Shown: positions 37,021 to 46,398, counted from the stretch's first letter. The stretch is 62,839 nucleotides of DNA from Chloroflexota bacterium (GCA_010092845.1 JAADYW010000272.1:1-62839), one strand, 5' to 3'. Notes: generated from the letters alone by a model not told the origin. Numbers and translations: made by a program.

Positions 37021-37513
37021 AGCTTACGTGAGCGAAAAAGGGGATCCTCCCGTCCTCAAAGATTCGCGGCAAGATCAGAGGCAGGTCCTCGACCAACGGC
37101 AGTTCGGGTTCAACGCTGTGGATGCTACGCAGGACGTCAGTTAGGCGAAGCCAGTGTAAAGTCCCTTCATCGCCGGAATGAACCTCCCGGCTTGACGCGA
37201 CAGCCGTAAAAATGAACAGCAGGATCCCGGTTGCCTGCCCGGCATCGATATGTGTCGTGCCGCAGTATCGTACCTGAGTGACTTCCAGCCCCGACTCCTC
37301 GCGAATTTCCCGAATGGCACTACGCAGCGGATCCTCATCACGCTCAATATGCCCCCCCAGGCCGTTGTAATAGCCTGGGTAAACGCGCTTGTGCTGGGCA
37401 CGCTTCAGTAGCAAAATCTCCTCACCATAGGTCACAAAGCACAGGGTCCGTGGTACCACCTGCCAGCGATCAGCCACGGCCACTGCATCAGCACCTTGAT
37501 CTTTTGCACCCAT
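36980..37513 (-). CDS. NUDIX hydrolase
   Basis: Nudix box GGHIERDEDPLRSAIREIREESGL (Gx5Ex7REUxEExGU). Confidence 0.88.
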   Translation of the reverse strand: MGAKDQGADAVAVADRWQVVPRTLCFVTYGEEILLLKRAQHKRVYPGYYNGLGGHIERDEDPLRSAIREIREESGLEVTQVRYCGTTHIDAGQATGILLFIFTAVASSREVHSGDEGTLHWLRLTDVLRSIHSVEPELPLVEDLPLILPRIFEDGRIPFFAHVSYDDADRLRFRLAE

Positions 37514-37907
37514 TTCGCCTCAATTTCCCTAAAGATAAACGTTTCCGATATACTACTCACAGTAAGAAGGGACAATGCACCCGACGCCTCCTTAGCTGCC
37601 CCCTAATTATAGGGCTAGCAGGTGCGGTGAACCATGATATGCTAGACTACAGAGTGGACTGTATCGGTGCCAGGCTGTCACCGCAATTGTGACGGGGAAT
37701 ACCCGGTCTCGTTGGCGTGGTCGTCTTGTCAGTTCTGGTACAGATTCAGGCGCGCATTTGGGAAACATCGGGGGATGAACGGGCCATAAAGCAGCATCAG
37801 CGTATCTGGCTGCCGGCTCTAGCTTGTCAGCAGGTCTCGATGAAACAGATAGCCGAGGCCACAAGCACAGTTTATGATATGCGATCGAGCTGAAGGAGCA
37901 CACACAC

Positions 37908-38429
37908 ATGGACGACCTCTATCAGAAACTCGTTGACCAGCGCCGCGGAATGGCCTGGCTAATAGGGAAAATGCCTGGCTTCCGTGGCTATATGGAACAT
38001 ACCACACGACGCACGGCCGATCGGTTGCTGCGCGATCACATTGCCAGCCAGTTCAAGCAGCTCATGAACGAGTACGTCAACCTGGAGACCAAATTACTTA
38101 AGGCTGGTGGATTGGCCTACATGTCCGATACCAAGAGCGCCAAGACCAAATTTCAGACGCTGATCGATCGCATTGCAACAGATGCACCCGGCTATTCTGG
38201 CTTTTTCGCGGCTAACAAGATCACGCCTGATGACCTTGAGGCCATCTATACCTTTGACGAGGCCATGATCCGCTACACTGAGGAGATCGCCGAAGCGTTA
38301 ACCGAGCTGAGCAATGCTATTCAGACCCAGGAGGGCATACCGGCGGCACTCGATCATCTGGACAGCCTTATGGTTGAAGCCAACCAGGCATACGACTTAC
38401 GCGATGACGTTATCAAGGGCATAGCCTGA
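37908..38429 (+). CDS. Helical hypothetical protein upstream of the SPFH-like gene
   Basis: 173 aa with no TM segment. GAAGGAG RBS. 45 nt upstream of the next gene on the same strand. Confidence 0.55.
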   Translation: MDDLYQKLVDQRRGMAWLIGKMPGFRGYMEHTTRRTADRLLRDHIASQFKQLMNEYVNLETKLLKAGGLAYMSDTKSAKTKFQTLIDRIATDAPGYSGFFAANKITPDDLEAIYTFDEAMIRYTEEIAEALTELSNAIQTQEGIPAALDHLDSLMVEANQAYDLRDDVIKGIA

Positions 38430-38474
38430 TTAGATCATTCCAATAAGGGGAACTGTAAATAAGGAGCAACCAGC

Positions 38475-39590
38475 ATGCCAAGAATCATTGATGTTGTTGA
38501 CCACCCGAATGTCATGGACGACGAACTGGTCTATCGCGAGCCACAGGCCGGCGCCGGTGACTTTCGGATGGGTTCACAGTGTATTGTGATGGAAAGTCAG
38601 GCGGCCGTCTTCGTCAACCGCGGCCAGGTCCTTGATGCCCTCGGACCAGGAGCCCACACGCTCAGCACTGCCAATCTTCCTCTGCTGTCAAGCCTGGTGG
38701 GGTTGGTGACCGGTGGTCGCAATCCGTTCACAGCCGAGGTCTACTTCGTCAATATGAAGGACCTGCCGCAGGTGCGCTGGGGGACTAACCCACCCGTCAC
38801 CATCTACACCCAGCAGGGCATCGGCGTCATGCAGTTGATGACCAATGGCGTGGTAGATATCGGTATTGATGATCCCGTACGCTTTGTCAAGCAGTACGGT
38901 GTCGGCAGACCAATTATACGACTGGACGACCTCAAGGACCGGATCCAGACACTTCTTCTGGGCGAAATCTCGCAAATACTGAGTCAACAGAACGTTCAGA
39001 CCGAGCAAGATGCCAATGCAATGCTGCGCGAGCTAGAGGGGGCATCTCTGGCCCTGCTGAACGAAGGATTTCAGGCGCTTGGAATGCGCATCAAGGCATT
39101 TGAGGCACGCCCATTCCAGCGTAAGCAGCTCACCCGCGAAGAAGCGCTCAATCTCGTCGGCAGCAAAGATGACTTCTTCCGTTTGGAAGAATTGGATGTC
39201 ATGCGCGCCGCAGCCGAGAACGATGGCATGGCGGGCGGACTGGCGGGTGCCGGCCTTGGTCTGGGAATCGGCCAGCAAATGGGCAACCAGCTCGGCCAGC
39301 AGCAAAACGCGGGTAACCAGCAGCAGATGCTTATGATGCAGATGATGCAGCAAATGCAGCAAATGCAGCAACAAATGGCTCAGCAGAACAGCCAGCAACC
39401 TGCCGCCCCCCAACAACAACAGCCCGCTGCGACCGGAGCCCCGCCAAGCAACCCCACAACGCCGGCCGAGATACGTGCCCTACTAGACAATCTTGACACT
39501 CGCCTGGCAGCCGGCGAACTCAGCGAGTCGATCTATGAGCGGCTCTATAGCAAATGGGAATCCCGCCTGAACGAGCTTGAAAACAAGTAG
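38475..39590 (+). CDS. SPFH/band-7-related (YdjI / virion-core-like) protein with Gln-rich linker and SHOCT-like C-terminus
   Basis: N-terminal MPRIIDVVDHPNVMDDELVYREP...AVFVNRGQV is YdjI/COG4260-like. Poly-Q/M linker. C-terminal GELSESIYERLYSKWESRLNELE. Confidence 0.6.
   Translation: MPRIIDVVDHPNVMDDELVYREPQAGAGDFRMGSQCIVMESQAAVFVNRGQVLDALGPGAHTLSTANLPLLSSLVGLVTGGRNPFTAEVYFVNMKDLPQVRWGTNPPVTIYTQQGIGVMQLMTNGVVDIGIDDPVRFVKQYGVGRPIIRLDDLKDRIQTLLLGEISQILSQQNVQTEQDANAMLRELEGASLALLNEGFQALGMRIKAFEARPFQRKQLTREEALNLVGSKDDFFRLEELDVMRAAAENDGMAGGLAGAGLGLGIGQQMGNQLGQQQNAGNQQQMLMMQMMQQMQQMQQQMAQQNSQQPAAPQQQQPAATGAPPSNPTTPAEIRALLDNLDTRLAAGELSESIYERLYSKWESRLNELENK
39295..39423 (+). repeat. Coding CAG/CAA/ATG low-complexity tract (poly-Gln/Met)
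   Basis: ATGCAGCAAATGCAGCAAATGCAGCAACAAATG and flanking CAG/CAA runs, in frame within 38475-39590. Confidence 0.85.
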
Positions 39591-39622
39591 GCTTGCCCCA
39601 CCGACGCCCAAAGGGCCATCCT

Positions 39623-39659
39623 GAGAGTCGGATCAGAAATCCGGCTCTCGTTCATTTTT
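39623..39659 (+). terminator. Intrinsic terminator after the SPFH-like gene
   Basis: GAGAGUCGGA-UCAGAAA-UCCGGCUCUC (10 bp, one G-U pair), then a T-run (CATTTTT). Confidence 0.6.
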
Positions 39660-39729
39660 GCAGTAGAATCGACATGTGCTGCGCACAAACACACTATCTA
39701 CCAGCCATAGCAGTATAGGATTTACACCC

Positions 39730-40182
39730 ATGCAGACGATATCATGCAGCCGCTGGATTGGCCGCTCCCCCTCAGATGTCTATGAGGTTCTGACCGACCC
39801 CGCAAAGCTTGTCACTATTGTCAAGCGCCTTGCCGGGATCGAGGTCTTGCATCGCGACGGAGATGTCGGGCGCGTCAAGGCCATTCTCGACCTCCCTGGT
39901 GGCAAGCATGTCGCTACTGAGGGTAAGGTCACCGGTCGTTCAGACAGCTTTCTAAGCTTCACGACTTCCACACCTTTCGAGCTTGAGATCACCTGGGAAT
40001 TGACCGCAGATCTCCGAGACGGCATAGCCGGGACTGACGTCGTCTATCGAGCGGGCGTGGATTTCGGCCCCATGATCGAATTCCTGTCAAAACTGGTCCT
40101 CAGCGGCTACCTTACAACTGAGATGGAACGCGATCTGGACAAGTTGGAGGGGTTTCTGGCCAACGAAGTTTCCCCAGCCTAA
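39730..40182 (+). CDS. SRPBCC (polyketide cyclase/START-like) family protein
   Basis: 150 aa. MQTISCSRWIGRSPSDVYEVLTDPAKL... shows the typical SRPBCC N-terminus and length. Confidence 0.6.
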   Translation: MQTISCSRWIGRSPSDVYEVLTDPAKLVTIVKRLAGIEVLHRDGDVGRVKAILDLPGGKHVATEGKVTGRSDSFLSFTTSTPFELEITWELTADLRDGIAGTDVVYRAGVDFGPMIEFLSKLVLSGYLTTEMERDLDKLEGFLANEVSPA

Positions 40183-42080
40183 TGCGCGGGTAGGGTAATC
40201 TCTCCCAGATAATAGCGCCCCTGATAACGCTCCTGGAGGGTAGGATCCGCGAGGGGCACGAGGTTCGCGGCATCGTAGGTTTCATACCACCCCACACGCA
40301 CGCCATACGTAGCCGGCGGCAATTCAACCGGCACTGGGACAGGGTCGCGAATCAGGACTCCGACCGGCCAGTGCTGGGTTGAGATCACGCCACCCTGGAC
40401 CCCGTGATCCAACACAGCAACTGCTGGCGCCATTGGTTGGCTAGGTTCTACGTGGCCAGGCGTCAGGTGCAGCAGGACACTGTAGTCGACGGCTGTCTGG
40501 CGCAGGGGTTCCCAGTAGAGCTGGAGTATAGTGCCGCCCTCGCCTCCTTGTAAGAGCGTGTAGCCCCGCAACAATGCTACATCGCCGAATTGCACCGTCA
40601 ACGGATAGTCGATTTCTCGGGATCGCACCTCACGGGCCCGGTACTGGATCACCCCTGCCCACGTATCCCCTGGAATATGCTGGGCATGGTCCTGGAAGTA
40701 GCGCAGTGCGTATGAGGTATTGGCATCAGCCAGGACATAAATGGCATCATGCTCTTCGAGTAAGGATGCAAAGAAGGCCTCGTCACCTTCGCTGCCGATC
40801 GACAGAAAGCGGACCTTACCCGGCCCTCGATAATAGTACTCCAGCGCGGGATCAGCAGAGCCGGATAATACGGCATCATATTGGGTGGTGCGCGCCTGAA
40901 GATAGGACGTCAGCCCTTCCCAATCCGGTGACTTGGGCGGATCGCTGTGAAAATAGTCATAGACCTCGCCTCCGGCCAGAATCAGATAGACCGCCACTCC
41001 GCCTGAAGCGGCATAGCGCCCTACCCGGGGGCCCCAGCGGCTCTTGGCAAGCGCGTACAAAATCGCAACGGTGCCGATTATCAACGCAGGAACACTGTGA
41101 ATGACATATCGAGGACGGAAGACTGTCATCCAGTTCCCCACAAGCAACAAGGTGGCGGGGGGCACAATCCCCCACAGGAGCAGCAGCGCTGCCCAGTCCT
41201 TACCGCGGTGCACAATCCAGGCCAGGCCACCTGCAAAAAGGATCACAAAAAGCATACCCCAATGCCAGGGTACGGTGTTAGCGCCCACCAGCAACGTCGG
41301 CACGAAATACTCAAACAGATCACCGAAGTCTGCGCCTGCGGCGGTGCCCTCGTAGTCAGTCACAAATCCCAGCCAGTATAGCTGCACCAGGTTTGGCAAA
41401 CATAACAAGCCAACCGTTACCCAGGCGCGAAATGCATGGCGCAGAGCGGCGCGTCGCCAGACAAACACGTAGATCATCTGCGCTAGTAGTGGAAACACCT
41501 CGAAGTAGTAGATGTAGAGACTGGCTGCCTGAACAATGATATAGGGCCACCAAACGCCGAAGTGCCGTCTCGGCTGCCGATGTTCCACGGCACGCCAGAG
41601 CAGATAGAAACTAAGAGGTGTGAAGAACCCGATAATTCCATAGTTGCGTGCGTCCTGAGCGTGCCAGATCAAGAAGGGATGGAACGCCCAGACGAGGCCA
41701 ACCATGAACGCCAACCACCAGTTCCGGAAAAGCCGACGACTGAACGCGATGACCACCGCGCTGCCAAGCACGTTAAACAACAGCGGCAGGACCCGGAGGG
41801 CGAACTCGCTGGTTCCCGCAAGCTCGGCCCAGAACCAGTAAACGATAAATATCCCGCCGGGATGAGGCTCGTAGCCAACCATATCGAACCACGCGCCCGT
41901 TAGGGGACGCTGGATCCAGTGAACGGCTGTATATGCCTCATCGCCACGAAGGTCAACGGCATCAAGCTGGTAGATACGAAGAGCAGCAGCCACGAGAAGC
42001 AAGGCCGCCAGTCCTAGCCAGAGCAACATGCCAGATTTTGCGCGAGGTGGGGAAGCTCCCGGATGCAGCGGCGATCCCAT
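40179..42080 (-). CDS. GT-C fold glycosyltransferase (family 39 / ArnT-PMT-like), polytopic membrane protein
   Basis: More than ten hydrophobic helices. First-loop motif LRGDEAYTAVHW. Large C-terminal soluble domain. Confidence 0.75.
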   Translation of the reverse strand: MGSPLHPGASPPRAKSGMLLWLGLAALLLVAAALRIYQLDAVDLRGDEAYTAVHWIQRPLTGAWFDMVGYEPHPGGIFIVYWFWAELAGTSEFALRVLPLLFNVLGSAVVIAFSRRLFRNWWLAFMVGLVWAFHPFLIWHAQDARNYGIIGFFTPLSFYLLWRAVEHRQPRRHFGVWWPYIIVQAASLYIYYFEVFPLLAQMIYVFVWRRAALRHAFRAWVTVGLLCLPNLVQLYWLGFVTDYEGTAAGADFGDLFEYFVPTLLVGANTVPWHWGMLFVILFAGGLAWIVHRGKDWAALLLLWGIVPPATLLLVGNWMTVFRPRYVIHSVPALIIGTVAILYALAKSRWGPRVGRYAASGGVAVYLILAGGEVYDYFHSDPPKSPDWEGLTSYLQARTTQYDAVLSGSADPALEYYYRGPGKVRFLSIGSEGDEAFFASLLEEHDAIYVLADANTSYALRYFQDHAQHIPGDTWAGVIQYRAREVRSREIDYPLTVQFGDVALLRGYTLLQGGEGGTILQLYWEPLRQTAVDYSVLLHLTPGHVEPSQPMAPAVAVLDHGVQGGVISTQHWPVGVLIRDPVPVPVELPPATYGVRVGWYETYDAANLVPLADPTLQERYQGRYYLGEITLPAH

Positions 42081-42090
42081 ACGAAACAGA

Positions 42091-43047
42091 CTAACCGGCC
42101 TGGTAAATCGTTTCGTTTTCGAGCGCTTCGATCTGTTCTTTGCTCAGGGTCACCCGTTCCTCATCCTTAATAGACTTCAGGTATTCCTTCAGCGTTGGGG
42201 ACCCCACATTCGTCGCAAAGACAACAGGCACAGACTGCTGACCTTCGAGCTCGACCTTGGCACGGGGACTGGTGAACACAATCAATGGCTGGACTTCGAC
42301 CCCGATTTCTGGAAATCTCTGGTCCACAATACGTTGAAAGAGCTGCGCCTCAGCGCGAGCGTCACGCGTCGGATTACCGATCGCTTCCTGGCGCATGAAG
42401 ATCAGCAATGAGCCTAGAAAACCGCCCGGCATCCGCCAGCGATCGTCGTTCACATACACCTGGCGATCCTGAAACATGGGATAGAGGACAAATACGCCCA
42501 TTGGTCCAATCAAGACATGGCGTGCGGGGAAAACAAAATGATAGAGAACTGCGTTCGGGTTCAAGCCACGGACGGCTTCCTGGAGGGATTCCCACGGCAC
42601 TGGCTCACGGATCCAACTATTGGCCATCCTGACCGCGAAGAGGATGATCAAGAACAGCGTTGGTAGAATGCCGCAGTTGAAGTACAGTGCCGCCGTTTCG
42701 TCATCACCAATAATTGTGCTACCAAAAATAAACGAGACCAGCAACGCAATGAGGCTGAAGAAGAAGCTCATCTGTGCAATACGCCGATTGCGCTGGATCA
42801 CCGCGTCGTTTTGGACCACTCGCATTGATTGCCTATGTCTTCCTACGTACCATTCAGAATAAGGACCGTCGGCTAGGGATGTTAACACAGAATCGGGGGG
42901 CGTGGGAGTAGAAAAACGAGGCAATCGCCACAACAGCCATTCCCGCCCATATGATTGCGTTTGCGCATGCCGCTGCAGGCGTTGTGCTGCAACAGCCATT
43001 CGCACACGCGCTATAATGATCCGAGGCACAACATCCGTTTTCGACAA
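42091..43047 (-). CDS. Membrane protein with NERD-like (nuclease-related) domain
   Basis: Two TM helices (FFFSLIALLVSFIFG, ILPTLFLIILFAV). Then LYHFVFPARHVLIGPMGVFVLYP...VNDDRW resembles the NERD core. Start uncertain (43047, 42999 or 42825). Confidence 0.5.
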   Translation of the reverse strand: MSKTDVVPRIIIARVRMAVAAQRLQRHAQTQSYGREWLLWRLPRFSTPTPPDSVLTSLADGPYSEWYVGRHRQSMRVVQNDAVIQRNRRIAQMSFFFSLIALLVSFIFGSTIIGDDETAALYFNCGILPTLFLIILFAVRMANSWIREPVPWESLQEAVRGLNPNAVLYHFVFPARHVLIGPMGVFVLYPMFQDRQVYVNDDRWRMPGGFLGSLLIFMRQEAIGNPTRDARAEAQLFQRIVDQRFPEIGVEVQPLIVFTSPRAKVELEGQQSVPVVFATNVGSPTLKEYLKSIKDEERVTLSKEQIEALENETIYQAG

Positions 43048-43073
43048 TAGCAGGCAAGGAGTGCAGACTACTC

Positions 43074-43409
43074 ATGGAAATCATTTTCTCGCTGGTGATC
43101 ATCATTATCATTATCACTGCCTACTGGTCGCTATTTGTGTTCCCCAGGCAACGCGAGTTCAAGAAGCACCTCCAATAAGTCCAAACGCTGCAGGTTGGTG
43201 ATGAGGTCATTACCTATGGCGGACTTATTGGGACGATCACCGAACTTGATGATGAGATCGGGGTTGGCAAGATACGGCTAGCAGAAAACCTAGAGGTCAG
43301 GATTCTGATGGCGGCGCTGCAACGCCCCTATGATCCGGAGGAACTGGCGCGTAACATCCGGCTGGCACAGGGGATTCCAGAGCCGCTGTCCGACCAATCA
43401 GACCAATAG
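43074..43409 (+). pseudogene. yajC: yajC (preprotein translocase subunit) interrupted by an in-frame TAA at 43176-43178
   Basis: MEIIFSLVIIIIIITAYWSLFVFPRQREFKKHLQ*VQTLQVGDEVITYGGLIGTITEL... aligns to E. coli YajC ...RPQQKRTKEHKKLMDSIAKGDEVLTNGGLVGRV. Both halves share one frame. Sits directly upstream of secD-secF. Confidence 0.8.
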
Positions 43410-43522
43410 CCATTGGCAAATAATGCCGCAAGTGGTAACATCTTTTGCCGCTACACCTTTAGGAAACATAATGCAAATGCAGCATGGATGACATTTGTTC
43501 TGACGCTATTTGAGGGCGCAAG

Positions 43523-45085
43523 ATGAGTAATTACCGCTTTTGGTTGGTGATCATTTTGATCATCAGCGTCGTCTCAGTCTGGATTGACCTACCTGATAAT
43601 CCTGGCCTACACATCGATTTCGGTGGGGATGGCGAAGATGATATTTCGATGGACTTCGAGGTCGTTCAGGGCCTCGATTTGCAGGGCGGATCACGAGTCC
43701 TGCTGAAGTCTGAGCTTGATGATAATGTCGATGAGGACGAGATGAACGTGGCTCGCGACATTATTGAACGCCGTGTCAATGGCCTGGGCCTCAGTGAGGC
43801 AGTCGTGCAGCTTCAGGGTGGTGACCGCATCATCGTTGAGTTACCAGGCGTGAGCGACCGGGATCTGGCGCTGGAAACGGTGCAAGAAACGGGTTTGCTG
43901 GAATTCGTCGATCTGGCTGGCTATACGCAATTAGGGCTTGGCGAGGGCGATTGTATTATAACAACAGAACAGGTCGCGATTGAACAAGCCCGCGCTCGCG
44001 CCGAGGCTGAGAATGAAGGCGACGAAGAACAACCGCAGCCGACGCCTCAGGAGGAAGCGCCTGCGCCTGAAGCAACGCCAAATCAACGTGTCTTTGGGAA
44101 GGCGGCAGCGCCGCCAACGAGCGCCTCAGTTGCCCAGGATGGGGGTGACGAGAACGTCCAGTGCGAGAACAGGACACCGGTCGGCACCAATGGCCAACCG
44201 GGAGGGCCGCCTTTCACCACGGTCATGACTGGCCGCGGCCTGGACGATGCAGCCGCCGTGATCGACCCCAACACCAACCAGTGGCAGATCCTGTTCACCC
44301 TCAATGATGAGGGATCGGATATCTTCCGCGCCCACACTGCTGCCAACCAGGGACAACCCCTGGCAATCGTCCTCGACGGGGTTATTCTTTCAGCTCCAAC
44401 CATCCAGGCAACGATTAGCAATGAAGGCACGATTACCGGTGATTTCACCCGGGATGAAGCCCGTTCTTTGGCTGTGCAATTGCGCTATGGTTCGTTGCCG
44501 GTGCCACTTGAGGTTGAGGCCTACGACCAAATTGGTCCGACGCTGGGTGAAGTCTCCGTCCAGCGCTCCATCCGGGCCGGCATCATAGGTGTCATTGTCA
44601 TCCTCGTGTTTATGATGATCTACTACCGGGTACCTGGGTTGGCGGCGGCATTGGCGTTGCTCATCTTTGCGGCGATCAACTTCGCGCTATATAAGGCCAT
44701 TCCCGTCACACTCACGTTGCCAGCGATCACCGGTTTCTTGATATCAATCGGTACTGCTGTTGACGGCAACATCCTCATCTTCGAGCGTATGAAGGAGGAG
44801 CTGCGCGGCGGCAAACGGCTTGAAAAAGCAGTCGAGCTGGGTTTCGAGCGCGCCTGGACCTCTATCCGGGACTCCAACATCTCGACGATGATTATCTGCG
44901 TCATTCTGTTTTTCTTTGGACGAACCTTCGGCGCGAGCGCTGTCCAGGGGTTCGCGATTACCCTGTTCCTCGGGTTAAGCATCAACCTGTTCACAGCCGT
45001 CATTGTGACGCGGACGTGGTTGGCTCTGTTCCTAGACGTATTCGGGAACTTCTTGCGCAAGAACCCCAAGGTCATGGGTGCCTAG
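43523..45085 (+). CDS. secD: Protein translocase subunit SecD
   Basis: N-terminal TM, LDLQGGSRVLL motif, six C-terminal TM helices, and an acidic/Pro-rich periplasmic insert. Confidence 0.93.
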   Translation: MSNYRFWLVIILIISVVSVWIDLPDNPGLHIDFGGDGEDDISMDFEVVQGLDLQGGSRVLLKSELDDNVDEDEMNVARDIIERRVNGLGLSEAVVQLQGGDRIIVELPGVSDRDLALETVQETGLLEFVDLAGYTQLGLGEGDCIITTEQVAIEQARARAEAENEGDEEQPQPTPQEEAPAPEATPNQRVFGKAAAPPTSASVAQDGGDENVQCENRTPVGTNGQPGGPPFTTVMTGRGLDDAAAVIDPNTNQWQILFTLNDEGSDIFRAHTAANQGQPLAIVLDGVILSAPTIQATISNEGTITGDFTRDEARSLAVQLRYGSLPVPLEVEAYDQIGPTLGEVSVQRSIRAGIIGVIVILVFMMIYYRVPGLAAALALLIFAAINFALYKAIPVTLTLPAITGFLISIGTAVDGNILIFERMKEELRGGKRLEKAVELGFERAWTSIRDSNISTMIICVILFFFGRTFGASAVQGFAITLFLGLSINLFTAVIVTRTWLALFLDVFGNFLRKNPKVMGA

Positions 45086-45100
45086 GAGAGAATATACCAA

Positions 45101-46336
45101 ATGTTTCTCTTTAATCTGGTTGAACGCCGTAAGTACTATTTCCTGTTCTCCGGGCTGATTATCACCGCGGGAATCGTCACGTTGATTATCTCAACGGTCA
45201 CTACCGGCGCGCCCCTCCAGCTCAGCATCGACTTCACGGGGGGCACACTGATGTCGCTCCAGTTTCGTGAGGCCGTCGAAGAGCAGGAAATCCGTGATGT
45301 TCTCGACGAATTTGATCTCGATGACATCATCGTCCAGAGATTGAGCGCCTTGGAAGAAGTCGACTACCCCGAAGACAGCCGCTGGTCATTCCGGACGGAC
45401 GTATTGCTGACAGACAATCAGTATGCCGTCGTGTTGAACACGCTCGATGCCCAGGTCGGCGCGGTTGATCGCGATCTCTCAACCAATGTTACCGATCGTC
45501 AGACCGAAGGTGGCGGGATCGTCATTGTCCACTTCGAAGACTCTGCTGATGAGGCTGAAATCCAGAGTGCCCTCGACAGTGTCCTTTTCAATGAGGTAGA
45601 GCTCGACTACCAGCAACTCCAAACTGAGACAACCGAATACCCTGAAGATAGCCGCTGGTCGGTCCGTACCGATGAGTTGACCCCTGAAGAGGTCACTACT
45701 ATCGAAGACCGGCTGGAGGAAGAAGTCGCCCCCCTAGACCGAGCCGCGACGACAGTGTCACAGGTATCCGAGTCCGTTGGTCGCGAAGTCACGCGCGCGG
45801 CTTTCCTGGCGACGCTGGCAGCGGCGGCCGTGGTTCTGGGATTCATCTGGTTCGCTTTCCGCAAGGTTCCCCACCCAGTACGCTATGGTGCCTCCGCGAT
45901 TGTCGCCATGCTCCACGACATCATGATTATGGTCAGTGTGATGTCAATCATGGGTATGCTGCTTGACTGGCAGGTTGATGCACTGTTCCTGACGGCCCTG
46001 CTGACGGTGGTCGGCTTCTCAGTGCAGGACTCGATCGTTGTTTTTGACCGCATTCGCGAGAACATCCCGCGCCGCCGAGGTGAGTCGTATGAGCTCATTG
46101 TGAACCGCAGTATCCTGGAGACCATTCACCGTTCACTGGCAACCCAGTTGAACGCCATGTTCGTGATGGTCGCCATTATCCTCTTCGGCGGTGAGACTAT
46201 CCGCCAGTTTGTGACCATTCTACTGGTCGGCCTGGTGAGCGGAACCTATTCCTCAATCTTCATCGCCGTTCCGCTGCTGGTCGCCTGGTCCAAGGGCGAG
46301 ATCCCCTTTCTGCGACAGGCGGAAGACGACGAATAG
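45101..46336 (+). CDS. secF: Protein translocase subunit SecF with a duplicated periplasmic segment
   Basis: SecF-type TM core (FLTALLTVVGFSVQDSIVVFDRIRE). Internal repeat (D/E)YPEDSRWS(F/V)RTD occurs twice, at DNA ~45362-45400 and ~45634-45676. Confidence 0.92.
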   Translation: MFLFNLVERRKYYFLFSGLIITAGIVTLIISTVTTGAPLQLSIDFTGGTLMSLQFREAVEEQEIRDVLDEFDLDDIIVQRLSALEEVDYPEDSRWSFRTDVLLTDNQYAVVLNTLDAQVGAVDRDLSTNVTDRQTEGGGIVIVHFEDSADEAEIQSALDSVLFNEVELDYQQLQTETTEYPEDSRWSVRTDELTPEEVTTIEDRLEEEVAPLDRAATTVSQVSESVGREVTRAAFLATLAAAAVVLGFIWFAFRKVPHPVRYGASAIVAMLHDIMIMVSVMSIMGMLLDWQVDALFLTALLTVVGFSVQDSIVVFDRIRENIPRRRGESYELIVNRSILETIHRSLATQLNAMFVMVAIILFGGETIRQFVTILLVGLVSGTYSSIFIAVPLLVAWSKGEIPFLRQAEDDE

Positions 46337-46358
46337 ACTGCTTTCCACGCCATACAAA

Positions 46359-46384
46359 GGGGTGGTTCCAAGCGGAGCCACCCC
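46359..46384. terminator. Hairpin between convergent secF and mutL (GGGGTGG-N12-CCACCCC)
   Basis: 7-bp GC-rich inverted repeat with no clear U-tract on either strand. Confidence 0.35.
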
Positions 46385-46398
46385 GCACCACGAAGCCA

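Noticed and set aside
37514-37907. 394-nt intergenic region as a hidden ncRNA or riboswitch; small hairpins at CTAGCA...TGCTAG and GTCAC-N7-GTGAC
   Set aside because: I recognised no conserved core motif (SRP, RNase P, 6S, tmRNA or common riboswitches). The region must also house two divergent promoters. Only a covariance-model scan could settle it.
39295-39423. CAG/CAA/ATG repeat tract as a possible CRISPR, VNTR or non-coding repeat element
   Set aside because: It is in frame within the SPFH-like CDS and encodes a poly-Gln/Met linker. There is no spacer-repeat periodicity.
43176-43178. TAA stop-codon reassignment or programmed read-through as the explanation for the in-frame stops in yajC and the LysM-GH gene
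   Set aside because: TAA clearly terminates several well-delimited genes in the same window (for example 6046-6048, 8328-8330, 35966-35968). I see no downstream read-through context or structure. A point mutation or base-call error is more parsimonious.
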